Assembly: GCA_965208025.1 (NCBI GenBank)
Contig: OZ242302.1
Location: 3,280,727 to 3,344,726 of the forward strand
DNA: 64,000 nt
Direction: 5' to 3'
From: Rhodothermales bacterium
GTDB taxonomy: Bacteria; Bacteroidota; Rhodothermia; Rhodothermales; Bin80
Shown here: in pieces, positions 39,397 to 48,049 of the stretch
Layout: each line of letters begins with the position of its first letter
Position numbering within the stretch: the stretch's first letter is position 1
Made by a program: the position numbers and the translations under genes
The notes under the pieces: model-generated
Databases searched by the model: none
What the model was told of the DNA's origin: nothing
What the model saw: the letters and a program-made list of their open reading frames with translations, nothing else

Positions 39397-40679
39397 CGCA
39401 GCATTCGCTCCACATGATCGTAGAGCACTTCGCGCAGAGCGGAGACTGGTGCCTGTTCAATGATGTCGCCAGCAAATGAACTCAACATGAGCCGGCGTGC
39501 TTCATCCTCGGGAATTCCCCGAGAACGAAGGTAAAATAAGCCATCTTTGTCTAGCTGTCCAGTGGTTGCTCCGTGAGAGCACTTCACATCATCAGCGTAG
39601 ATCTCCAAGGCAGGCTTAGAAAACATTCGAGCGGTATCAGAAAGCAGGATACTTCGGTTGGTCTGGTAGGCATTGGTTAACTGTGCATCTTCACGCACGA
39701 GAACCTTTCCGTTAAATACCCCTGTTGCATAATCATCCAGGATTCCCTTGTAGTACTCTGAACTGTAACAATTTGGTTTGGCGTGATCAACTAGTGTGTT
39801 ACTATCAATGTGAGAACGCCCTCGCCCCATGAAGAGTCCGTGGAGCAGACTTTCACAGAACTCTGCATTGGGCAGGATTGAAACATTGTTCCGAACCAAT
39901 TCACCACCGAAAGTAAATATTCCACTATAAAATTTACTCTGGGCTTCTTGGTAGACGCTTAGATTGTTTATCCTGCTAACCTTGGGGGCACTGACCTGCA
40001 GGTCAATAAAATCGGTGTGCGCTCCATGTCCAACATAAATCTCTGTAACTGCATTGATCAGGGAAGAAACTGCACCAACAAATTCAGTTGATAGCAAGAC
40101 CTGTACAGAGGCTTCGTCTCCAGTATGGATCAAGATTCGGGGCTGAATCATGGCGGACTCATCACTTTTGATCACATGGAGGATATGGATTGGATGTTCC
40201 AGTTTTGAACCGGATGCAACCTTGATCACTGCACCATCCTTGAGGAAAGCAGTATTTAGGGCGGTAAAAGGCTCCTTGGCATAATCAGCATATTGGCCTA
40301 AGTGTTTCTGAACAAGATGATCACCTGCCACAGCAGAGAGGCTCTCAATGGATACCCCGGAGGGGAGGTGATCAAGTCGGGATTGGTCAGGAGCAAAGAT
40401 GCCGTTGATGAACACGACCACATGTGAATCAAACGCATTCAGTCCTCGGGCCTTGGCATGTGAGGTACCAACCAACTGGTAGGTGCGGTTGACCACTGGT
40501 GTCACATTTGTGTATTTCCAGGCCTCATCTTTACGTGTGGGGAAGCCTGTCTTGGCAAATTGGTCAATGGCCCGCTGGGAGAGTTCGGAAAGGGGGCCGA
40601 CGGTCCCATTAAGAGACTGGTAGCGTTGATAGACGGACAGAAAACGGTCTTCCACACGATGATCAATCAAGTTAGACAT
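39393..40679 (-). CDS. sufD: Fe-S cluster assembly protein SufD
   Basis: Position between sufC and sufS. C-terminal 'CSHGATTGQLD..LFYLRSRGI' is the SufB/D family motif. Confidence 0.85.
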   Translation of the reverse strand: MSNLIDHRVEDRFLSVYQRYQSLNGTVGPLSELSQRAIDQFAKTGFPTRKDEAWKYTNVTPVVNRTYQLVGTSHAKARGLNAFDSHVVVFINGIFAPDQSRLDHLPSGVSIESLSAVAGDHLVQKHLGQYADYAKEPFTALNTAFLKDGAVIKVASGSKLEHPIHILHVIKSDESAMIQPRILIHTGDEASVQVLLSTEFVGAVSSLINAVTEIYVGHGAHTDFIDLQVSAPKVSRINNLSVYQEAQSKFYSGIFTFGGELVRNNVSILPNAEFCESLLHGLFMGRGRSHIDSNTLVDHAKPNCYSSEYYKGILDDYATGVFNGKVLVREDAQLTNAYQTNRSILLSDTARMFSKPALEIYADDVKCSHGATTGQLDKDGLFYLRSRGIPEDEARRLMLSSFAGDIIEQAPVSALREVLYDHVERMLR

Positions 40680-40682
40680 TTT

Positions 40683-41444
40683 TCAGGCGGGTACTCCATT
40701 TTGAACCCAGTCATATCCGCGTTTTTCAAGCTCCAGGGCAAGCTCTTTTCCCCCAGATTGGACAATCCGACCGCTCACCATCACATGGACAAAATCGGGC
40801 ACTATATAATTGAGTAGACGCTGATAATGAGTAATGACCAGAAATCCGCGCTCGGGGGTACGCAATTGGTTTACACCACGAGCAACACTTCTAAGTGCAT
40901 CAATGTCAAGCCCTGAATCGGTCTCATCCAGGATTGCGAGCGTAGGTTCAAGCATAGCAAGCTGGAAGATCTCGTTACGTTTCTTTTCTCCACCCGAAAA
41001 ACCCTGATTCACTGAGCGCTGTTTCAGACGGGGATCCAGTTCAATCAATGCTGCTTTTTCTTTGGCAAGACGCAGTAGCGCCGCGGCGCCCAGTGCTTCC
41101 ATCCCCCTATGTTCGCGCACGGAGTTGACCGCTTGCTTGAGGAAGTTCATCGTGCTAACGCCCGGAAGTTCAATAGGATATTGAAAAGCAAGAAAGATTC
41201 CCTCACGGGCGCGTTCATCAACATCCATTTCCAGAAGATCCTCTCCTTGATAGTGAACGGATCCCTGATCAACTTCGTATTCTTCACGGCCAGCGAGGAT
41301 GGACGCCAGCGTACTTTTGCCTGATCCATTCGGTCCCATGATCGCATGAACCTCGCCGGCATTCACAGAGAGATCAACTCCTCTCAGAATAGGCACATTC
41401 TCAACGGAGGCCTCGAGGCCTCGGATTTCTAAAATAGGATTCAT
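40683..41444 (-). CDS. sufC: Fe-S cluster assembly ATPase SufC
   Basis: Walker A 'GPNGSGKST', 'FSGGEKKRNEI', Walker B 'LAILDETDSGLD', 'ITHYQRLL'. Confidence 0.95.
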   Translation of the reverse strand: MNPILEIRGLEASVENVPILRGVDLSVNAGEVHAIMGPNGSGKSTLASILAGREEYEVDQGSVHYQGEDLLEMDVDERAREGIFLAFQYPIELPGVSTMNFLKQAVNSVREHRGMEALGAAALLRLAKEKAALIELDPRLKQRSVNQGFSGGEKKRNEIFQLAMLEPTLAILDETDSGLDIDALRSVARGVNQLRTPERGFLVITHYQRLLNYIVPDFVHVMVSGRIVQSGGKELALELEKRGYDWVQNGVPA

Positions 41445-41488
41445 TCCTCGTTTTCTGACAAGTAATTATAGTCCGCGAAAAAAAAAGA

Positions 41489-42949
41489 TTATCCGACGGA
41501 ACCTTCAAGTTCAATGGCCAAAAGTTTTCTTGCCTCCACGGCAAACTCCATTGGCAGTTTGGTTAGAATTTCTTGGCAAAATCCACTTACCAAGAGTTTG
41601 ATTGCATCCTGCTCGCTAATTCCCCGCTGCTGACAATAGAACATCTGATCTTCTCCAACTTTGCTGGTCGTAGCTTCATGTTCTACCTGGGCGGAGGGGT
41701 TAAAAATTTCCAGATAGGGGAAGGTATGAGCTCCGCAACGATCGCCTAACAGCATGGAGTCACATTGGGCAAAATTCCTGGCATTCTCGGCCCCTTTGTT
41801 AATGCGAACCAATCCTCGATAGCTGTTATTTGATCGACCAGCTGAGATACCTTTGGAGATGATCGTGCTGGATGTATTACGCCCGAGGTGGAGCATTTTC
41901 GTTCCGGTATCGGCTTGCTGACGACCTTTTGTGAAGGCAACGGAATAAAATTCTCCAATTGAATGGTCCCCCTTGAGGATGACGCTTGGATATTTCCAAG
42001 TGATGGCAGACCCTGTCTCTAATTGAGTCCAGGAGATTTTGGAGCCAGCACCTTCACAGATTCCGCGTTTCGTCACAAAATTGAATACTCCCCCGGTGCC
42101 ATCTTCATTCCCGGGATACCAATTTTGGATGGTGGAATATTTCACTTCTGCATCTTTATGAGCAATAATCTCAACGACTGCGGCATGAAGCTGGTTTTCA
42201 TCCCGACGGGGAGCGGTACAACCTTCAAGATAAGAGACATAGGATCCCTCTTCGGCGACAATCAATGTGCGTTCAAACTGACCGGTCCCAGCCTGGTTGA
42301 TCCGAAAATAGGTTGATAATTCCATTGGGCAGCGAACGCCTGCGGGAATATAGCAGAATGATCCATCACTGAAGACCGCGGCATTGAGGGCAGCATAAAA
42401 GTTGTCTGTATATGGGACAACGGTGCCCATGTACTTCTGAACAAGATCTCCATGATGTTCAATTGCCTCGGTGAACGAACAGAAAATAATTCCGAGCTTA
42501 GCCAGCTCATCTTTAAAGGTAGTCGCAACAGAGACGCTATCTACGACGGCATCCACAGCCACGCCAGCGAGCACTTTCTGTTCTTCAAGAGGAATGCCAA
42601 GTGCCTCAAACGTTTTGATCAACTCAGGATCAACCTCATCTAGGCTTTCGTAGCGGGGTTGACTACCAGGGGCAGAGTAGTAACTGATATCCTGAAAATT
42701 AATTTCAGGATAGTTAAGGTGGGCCCAACGAGGATATTTATCCGTGTCAGAGGCCAATTTCTGCCAATGGCGAAACGCTTTCAGCCGACTTTTGAGCATC
42801 CAATCCGGATCCTGTTTTTTGGCGGAGATCAGACGGATCACCTCTTCATTCAATCCTTTTGGAATGGTATCGGAGACGATATCGGTTGACCACCCGTGCT
42901 CGTAGTCACTTTCGGCGACTTTATGAAGATATTGCGTGTCCGTATTCAT
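41489..42949 (-). CDS. sufB: Fe-S cluster assembly scaffold SufB
   Basis: Highly conserved SufB segments: '[23 protein letters not shown]', '[10 protein letters not shown]', '[21 protein letters not shown]'. Confidence 0.95.
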   Translation of the reverse strand: MNTDTQYLHKVAESDYEHGWSTDIVSDTIPKGLNEEVIRLISAKKQDPDWMLKSRLKAFRHWQKLASDTDKYPRWAHLNYPEINFQDISYYSAPGSQPRYESLDEVDPELIKTFEALGIPLEEQKVLAGVAVDAVVDSVSVATTFKDELAKLGIIFCSFTEAIEHHGDLVQKYMGTVVPYTDNFYAALNAAVFSDGSFCYIPAGVRCPMELSTYFRINQAGTGQFERTLIVAEEGSYVSYLEGCTAPRRDENQLHAAVVEIIAHKDAEVKYSTIQNWYPGNEDGTGGVFNFVTKRGICEGAGSKISWTQLETGSAITWKYPSVILKGDHSIGEFYSVAFTKGRQQADTGTKMLHLGRNTSSTIISKGISAGRSNNSYRGLVRINKGAENARNFAQCDSMLLGDRCGAHTFPYLEIFNPSAQVEHEATTSKVGEDQMFYCQQRGISEQDAIKLLVSGFCQEILTKLPMEFAVEARKLLAIELEGSVG

Positions 42950-43081
42950 AGTAGGAAGACCAGTTCAGGAACTTTAGTGCGTACAACGACAAATCACCTG
43001 GGATTTGTCAGGTAAACCTTAGGATCCTTTCTTCGTTCCTAAAGACGTACCTTTTAAGATCTAATTCAACCCTAATTCACA

Positions 43082-43414
43082 ATGCTTTTGAAGATTACAA
43101 AGCGGGCGAATGAACAGATTCGTTCAGTCGCCACCGAAGAGCAGATTGACTTGGATAAAGCTTATGTACGCTTGGCGGTTGTTCAAGGAGGTTGCTCGGG
43201 GCTTACGTATGATTTAGGATGGGACACAGAAGTGAAGGAAGGGGATGTTCAACTGAATATGGATGGGCTGTCTATTGTTGTCGATCAGCGTAGTGGACTG
43301 TATCTGGATGGCACAGAACTGGATTTTACCGATGGATTAGAGGGAAAAGGATTTCATTTTTCGAATCCACAGGCTGCCCGAACCTGCGCATGTGGAGAAT
43401 CGTTCGGTTTATAG
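43082..43414 (+). CDS. HesB/IscA/SufA-family Fe-S cluster insertion protein
   Basis: 'GGCSGLTYDL' and C-terminal 'CACGESF' (Cx..CxC cluster ligands). Divergent from sufB. Confidence 0.9.
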   Translation: MLLKITKRANEQIRSVATEEQIDLDKAYVRLAVVQGGCSGLTYDLGWDTEVKEGDVQLNMDGLSIVVDQRSGLYLDGTELDFTDGLEGKGFHFSNPQAARTCACGESFGL

Positions 43415-43506
43415 CATTCTAACACTAGTAAGTAGCGATTTGATCGTATTTTTTGAACCGGATTCGCTCAACTATGTGATCCACGGAGTCACAATATTGC
43501 ATAATC

Positions 43507-44214
43507 ATGACGGTATTTGTTAATGGAGTGAGTTATCCCATTGATCCAGGCTTAATCAGTGGAGCCGTGCTGCATGAACTTGCTGGCCCGAATCTTCTGT
43601 ATAGTGTTGATGGTACAGTCATTCCTGTATTTTCAGAAGATTATCTACTTGTCCGTGGAGGGGAGAGGTTTATCCTTGAGAAAGGTAAAATCAAAGACAG
43701 TCCCTCTCTTCAGGATCCACTGAAGCCGAGTTTCAACGACGCCCAAGATGTTGCCCTGATCACCCCCAAAATAATTGCAAAAGATCTGAAGGCTTATGAT
43801 CCTGAATTTCCAGACGGTCGTTTATTTGCGGAAATATCCAAGGACCTAGATGTAGAAATCGGTGACGATCTACGACTCATTGTTCAGGCTAGTGATTCTT
43901 ATTTCGTCATTCCTCCAGGAGATTTTGGGGGAGTCATTGACATTGAAAAATGCGGAAGTCATGGTCGCAAAGTTCCCAAAGGTGGAATTTATCTGTATCG
44001 GCTTGACCATGGCTACCATAGATCAGAAGATCAGAAGATTAGAGGCACAGACATCTTGGCTCAGGCAGGCAAAAAAATTGAGGAGTGGTCTCTAAATCTG
44101 AAACTTAGCGGTGGCACGCGGATCAAGATTGATGAAGATTGGATTGATCTCACAAAATTAGGAAGTGAGCGGTTTGAATCCGTTCGTCGTCATGCGCAGC
44201 AGGGGGGTGAATGA
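43507..44214 (+). CDS. Poly-beta-grasp ubiquitin-like protein (Multiubiquitin-type), three tandem Ubl units, C-terminus ...QQGG-E
   Basis: Three internally similar ~60-80-aa units with anchors 'LISGAVLHELAG', 'ITPKIIAKDLKA' and 'IRGTDILAQAG'. Each is followed by an acidic 'D..(I/L/V)..' strand. Unit 2 ends 'GDFGG' and the protein ends 'HAQQGGE*'. Confidence 0.6.
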   Translation: MTVFVNGVSYPIDPGLISGAVLHELAGPNLLYSVDGTVIPVFSEDYLLVRGGERFILEKGKIKDSPSLQDPLKPSFNDAQDVALITPKIIAKDLKAYDPEFPDGRLFAEISKDLDVEIGDDLRLIVQASDSYFVIPPGDFGGVIDIEKCGSHGRKVPKGGIYLYRLDHGYHRSEDQKIRGTDILAQAGKKIEEWSLNLKLSGGTRIKIDEDWIDLTKLGSERFESVRRHAQQGGE

Positions 44215-44593
44215 TTTGATTGAACTCCCACCTGAAGATTCAGAGTACTTAGACGGTAACTATGAAAACCAATGGCGGATTATTTCTGACGGGGGTGCGA
44301 AGAGTGCATTATTAATAGAGAGTTTCCCCATTCCAAGTGGTTATGATCTTAGGACAACAACCCTCATGATTTTGATTCCAAGCGGTTACCCCGGGACATC
44401 TCTTGATATGTTCTATTTCAATCCTCCCTTAGTGAGGTCAGATGGTGCAGAGATTCCCTCCCTTACCAAAGAGTCACATTTTGATATAACGTGGCAACGT
44501 TGGTCACGCCACTATACATGGGAACCTAGTCGGGACTCTCTCACAGGGCATGTTGAGTTTGTAAAACGAAAACTCCACGATGAACTCCGATGA
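44192..44593 (+). CDS. Prokaryotic E2/UBC-like protein (Prok-E2_E-like), cysteine-free
   Basis: 'LPPEDSEYL ... IPSGYPGTSLDMFYFNPPL.RSDG..IP ... WQRWSRHY.W' matches my recollection of the bacterial E2 family E pattern. Start is uncertain (ATG 44192 or GTG 44207), and either one overlaps the Ubl gene end. The whole ORF contains no Cys. Confidence 0.55.
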   Translation: MRSRGVNDLIELPPEDSEYLDGNYENQWRIISDGGAKSALLIESFPIPSGYDLRTTTLMILIPSGYPGTSLDMFYFNPPLVRSDGAEIPSLTKESHFDITWQRWSRHYTWEPSRDSLTGHVEFVKRKLHDELR

Positions 44594-45987
44594 CCTTGAC
44601 CACGAGGAAGCTAACTCTGACGGCATCTTCCCACCTCTCTCTTGTGGATTATCTGTTTCCTGGAGATGGGTTAGAGGCAGTTGCAATTCTTATCTGTAAC
44701 TTGGGGAAAGGCCGGCTTGGAGAGCATCTGATTGTCAAGGATATAGTTTTTCCACCCTATGAGAGGTGTGAACGGTATCCAGATAAAGTAATTTGGCCGT
44801 TTGCCGAAATCGTACCCCCTAGCCTAATCAGTACAATTGACCGCGAGGGACAGTCACTGATCACAATTCATTCACATCCTTCGGGTGATGCATTTTTTTC
44901 GGCAATAGACGATGAGAATGATTACCAATTAATCACGTCTATTGCGGGTTGGTTTGATGATGCAAGGCCACATGGGACAGCAGTGATGCGATCAGATGGA
45001 ATGATGATCGCACGTGTACTGGATGAATCAGGAGAATTTAGAAATATTGAAGTCGTGGGTGTCGTGGGCGAAGAAATACAATTCTGGAAACGATTCGTTG
45101 AATCTCCCGAAAGAACATCCGAACTTAGGATTAAGCAGACATTTGGACAGGGAACGCTTGAGATGCTGAAGGGGATGCTGGTTGGAGTCGTGGGTTGTTC
45201 TGGCACTGGAAGCATAATGATTGAACTATTAGTTCGCAACGCGATCGGAGCGTTGGTCATCGTTGATGATGACTCCTTAGATGAATTAAATCTAAATCGG
45301 ATAATCAACGGTACATCTGAGGATGCACGATTGGGACGACCAAAGGTGCGAGCATTAGAAGAGGCAATTGAGCGGATTGGACTCGGAACGAATGTCTGTG
45401 CCTTTGAGGGACGCACGGATTCTGCTTCTGTTGTCAGGGCTTTGATTGATTGTGATGTGATCTTTGGGTGTATGGACACTGCCTTTGGACGTTATCACTT
45501 GGATTGCATTGCAAGTGCGTACTTAATCCCCTACTTTGATTTGGGGGTAGATTTGGTCGCGGATGGAGAGGGAGGAATCCAATCAGCTGATGCTGTATCT
45601 CATTATGTCCATCCAGATGGGACTAGTTTACTTTCTCGTATGGCCTATACCATGGATCAAGTGACATCGGAGATGTGGCACAGGGATGATGTGGAGCATC
45701 ACGAACGCCAGTGGCGTGCGGGGTATCTTGCGGCAGTTGATGAAAATCATCCTGCCGTCATATCAGTGAACATGCAGGCAGCTTGTCTGGCATTCAATGA
45801 TTTTTTGGCTCGGATCTCAAATTTCCGGCTTGATTCGAATGGTGAATTCACGACTCAACGGTTTAGACTGGTTCATGGCTCATTTGAGAATGATACCGCA
45901 AAAGGGGAACCACATGATTTATTAAAACCATACGTAGCTTCTGGAGACAAAAGCCTACTCGTCAGAAACAATACTTCTTATGCATAG
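44590..45987 (+). CDS. JAB/JAMM deubiquitinase-like metalloprotease fused to a ThiF/E1-like adenylating enzyme
   Basis: JAMM motif 'HSHPSGDAFFSAID' (HxHx7Sx2D) with an upstream Glu ('GLEAVAIL'). E1 Rossmann 'VGVVGCSGTGSIMIELL...LVIVDDDSLDELNLNRI' and 'VIFGCMDTAFGRYHLD'. ATGA overlap with the E2-like gene. Confidence 0.8.
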   Translation: MTLTTRKLTLTASSHLSLVDYLFPGDGLEAVAILICNLGKGRLGEHLIVKDIVFPPYERCERYPDKVIWPFAEIVPPSLISTIDREGQSLITIHSHPSGDAFFSAIDDENDYQLITSIAGWFDDARPHGTAVMRSDGMMIARVLDESGEFRNIEVVGVVGEEIQFWKRFVESPERTSELRIKQTFGQGTLEMLKGMLVGVVGCSGTGSIMIELLVRNAIGALVIVDDDSLDELNLNRIINGTSEDARLGRPKVRALEEAIERIGLGTNVCAFEGRTDSASVVRALIDCDVIFGCMDTAFGRYHLDCIASAYLIPYFDLGVDLVADGEGGIQSADAVSHYVHPDGTSLLSRMAYTMDQVTSEMWHRDDVEHHERQWRAGYLAAVDENHPAVISVNMQAACLAFNDFLARISNFRLDSNGEFTTQRFRLVHGSFENDTAKGEPHDLLKPYVASGDKSLLVRNNTSYA

Positions 45988-46341
45988 GTTGCCAGATTCT
46001 TTTTGGGTATCCTGTCTCAATTGCATCCTTACCAGACCGAGTACATTCAAGATTTACATCTATATGTTAAACTCAATACGATCTGTATCATCGGAGAACA
46101 TGCCCTCCTCATTGTATTCAGCAATTGTCTGTCCGATGTATCGAAGTAAGAAAGTTGTCCATTTAGATTTATCTGTTGTAAGTACCACTGGAAGATCACA
46201 GAGATTCCAATGGCCGTGTATCACTTCTGCCATCAGTGCGTGGATCCGAATTGAAATGCAATTACCAGTATAGATTCCGATGTGGATATTGTATTGTCTG
46301 TATCAAACCGCCCATGTTTTAAGTTTCCAAGGTGAACCGAT

Positions 46342-47949
46342 ATGATTGAGCGAATAGAAATACGCAATGTCATGCGTTTCCGTGAGTTGAACTGCGAACT
46401 GGAGAAGCATCTTCTAATTGTTGGACCAAATAATTGTGGCAAGACGACGCTTCTCCAAGTGATCGCACTATGGTCAGAAATTGCAGCATACTGGTCGAGA
46501 AACAATCCCGATTTAGCTAGAGACAGCAATGGTGATTATTCGAGCACTGCATTGAATTTATTGAGAACATCCTCAATTCTTTTATCTGACTGGAATCATT
46601 TATGGTATGATAAAAATGTTACATCTCCAGCCTCAATCCGACTACAAATTGCAGGTAGACGACTTGGTTTTGAGTTGATCTATAAGGGGCGGGAAATTGT
46701 AGATGTTCGACCAACTTCGGATGTATTGGAGTCCGTTCTGGAATGGTATCTTGACAATCCTATCATCCCAGTTTACATTCCATCAATGTCAGGAGTGGAT
46801 AGGGAAGAACCTAACTATGATCCTGGGGTCATTCCAGCAAGACTCTCAAGAGGACAGGCTGGGACGGTGCTCCGAAATATTCTTTTGGATGTCAGCACCG
46901 ACTCCGATAGATGGCAACAGCTAAGCAATGTTGTATCCGATCTTTTCGGGAGCGAGTTGATGATGCCAAGTGGAGGCGCCGAGATATTTGCAGAGTATCG
47001 GGAGAGTCCTTCAAAATTAGGCTTAGACTATTGCAGTGGTGGTTCCGGGTTTCTTCAGATCGTAATGATATATGCGACCATTTTCTGGAGAACACAATCT
47101 GTGATTCTAATTGATGAGCCAGACGCTCATCTACACTTGTTCTTACAAGACAGACTCTATGGTGATCTCAAGCGACGCGCCAAACACCATGGATGGCAGT
47201 TGATCATTGCAACTCATTCGCAGCAACTCATTAATCAGGCTACTACCAGTGATATAAGGATATTATCAAATGATCTGAACAGGATATCAGATCGCAGAGT
47301 CGTTGCAGAGTCATTGCGATTGGACAATATAGATTTACTGCTCGCTCAGAAATCAAAATGTGTTTTATATCTGGAGGGATGGACAGATAAGGAAATATTA
47401 TGGAAGTGGGCACAGATTCTGGGCCACCCAATCTTGCAACATTTGGATAAACTTCTCTATAAATTCACTGCAGAGGAAAGCCGCCGTTCTACGCGACATT
47501 TTGGGGCAGTACAAGCTCATGTTCCTGCATTGAAAGGGGTTGAGTTATTGGATAGGAACAATAAAGGCACCAGTGCGGATTCTAAATCGTATCCTGAGGG
47601 CATGAAGCTTTTAGTTTGGAGTCGGTATGAGATAGAAAATTATCTAATCCATCCTGCTGCAATACTTCGGTGGCTCACCTCAAGAGGTGGGAAGGATGCA
47701 GCTGACAGGGCCAATCATTACATGAAAAACTATTTTCCACCGGCTCTACATTTGAATCCATTGGAGATGGATTTTCATGAGGGTGTCAAGGGGAAGCAGG
47801 TAATTGACAGAATTGTTGATGCTGCACAAATTCAAATTGATAGGTCAGAGTACGCTGAGATTGCAGGCGGGATGCTGAAAGAAGAGATTCATTCAGAAGT
47901 GATTGAGAAGCTAGACCTGATATTCGATCATTTGAATCTTGTAAACTAG
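46342..47949 (+). CDS. ABC-type (AAA_15/21-like) ATPase fused to a DUF4435/Toprim-like domain. PARIS-like (fused AriA-AriB) or OLD-family defence nuclease candidate
   Basis: Walker A 'GPNNCGKTT', signature-like 'CSGGSGFLQI', Walker B 'VILIDEPDAHLH', H-loop 'IIATHS'. C-terminal 'CVLYLEGWTDKEIL' and 'SRYEIENYLIHP' resemble DUF4435/Toprim motifs. Confidence 0.65.
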   Translation: MIERIEIRNVMRFRELNCELEKHLLIVGPNNCGKTTLLQVIALWSEIAAYWSRNNPDLARDSNGDYSSTALNLLRTSSILLSDWNHLWYDKNVTSPASIRLQIAGRRLGFELIYKGREIVDVRPTSDVLESVLEWYLDNPIIPVYIPSMSGVDREEPNYDPGVIPARLSRGQAGTVLRNILLDVSTDSDRWQQLSNVVSDLFGSELMMPSGGAEIFAEYRESPSKLGLDYCSGGSGFLQIVMIYATIFWRTQSVILIDEPDAHLHLFLQDRLYGDLKRRAKHHGWQLIIATHSQQLINQATTSDIRILSNDLNRISDRRVVAESLRLDNIDLLLAQKSKCVLYLEGWTDKEILWKWAQILGHPILQHLDKLLYKFTAEESRRSTRHFGAVQAHVPALKGVELLDRNNKGTSADSKSYPEGMKLLVWSRYEIENYLIHPAAILRWLTSRGGKDAADRANHYMKNYFPPALHLNPLEMDFHEGVKGKQVIDRIVDAAQIQIDRSEYAEIAGGMLKEEIHSEVIEKLDLIFDHLNLVN

Positions 47950-48049
47950 ACCAGAGAACTGTGTCTAAAGGAATAGGATTACGGGTTAATTTGAACCACA
48001 TGATGCGATCCCCTCGGGGATATACTTCATCCCAAGGGGATTCGATCGT

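Noticed and set aside
44922-45479. A 185-aa ORF antisense to the JAB-E1 gene.
   Set aside because: This is a shadow ORF with low-complexity Ser/Thr/Pro-rich sequence. The sense strand carries clear JAMM and Rossmann motifs.
45980-46273. A 97-aa plus-strand ORF, plus a 57-aa minus-strand ORF (46060-46233, 'MAEVIHGHWNLCDLPVVLTTDKSKW...'), in the gap between the E1 gene and the ATPase-nuclease gene.
   Set aside because: Both are short and mutually overlapping, with no recognisable motifs. The plus-strand ORF overlaps the E1 stop and is Cys/Ser-rich. This cannot be distinguished from chance, although the gap deserves a check for a small regulator.
43440-48010. A shared octamer 'tttgaacc' near both borders of the Ubl/ATPase islet, considered as a possible att-like direct repeat.
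   Set aside because: Eight nucleotides is too short to be meaningful in A+T-rich intergenic DNA, and there is no integrase or tRNA nearby.
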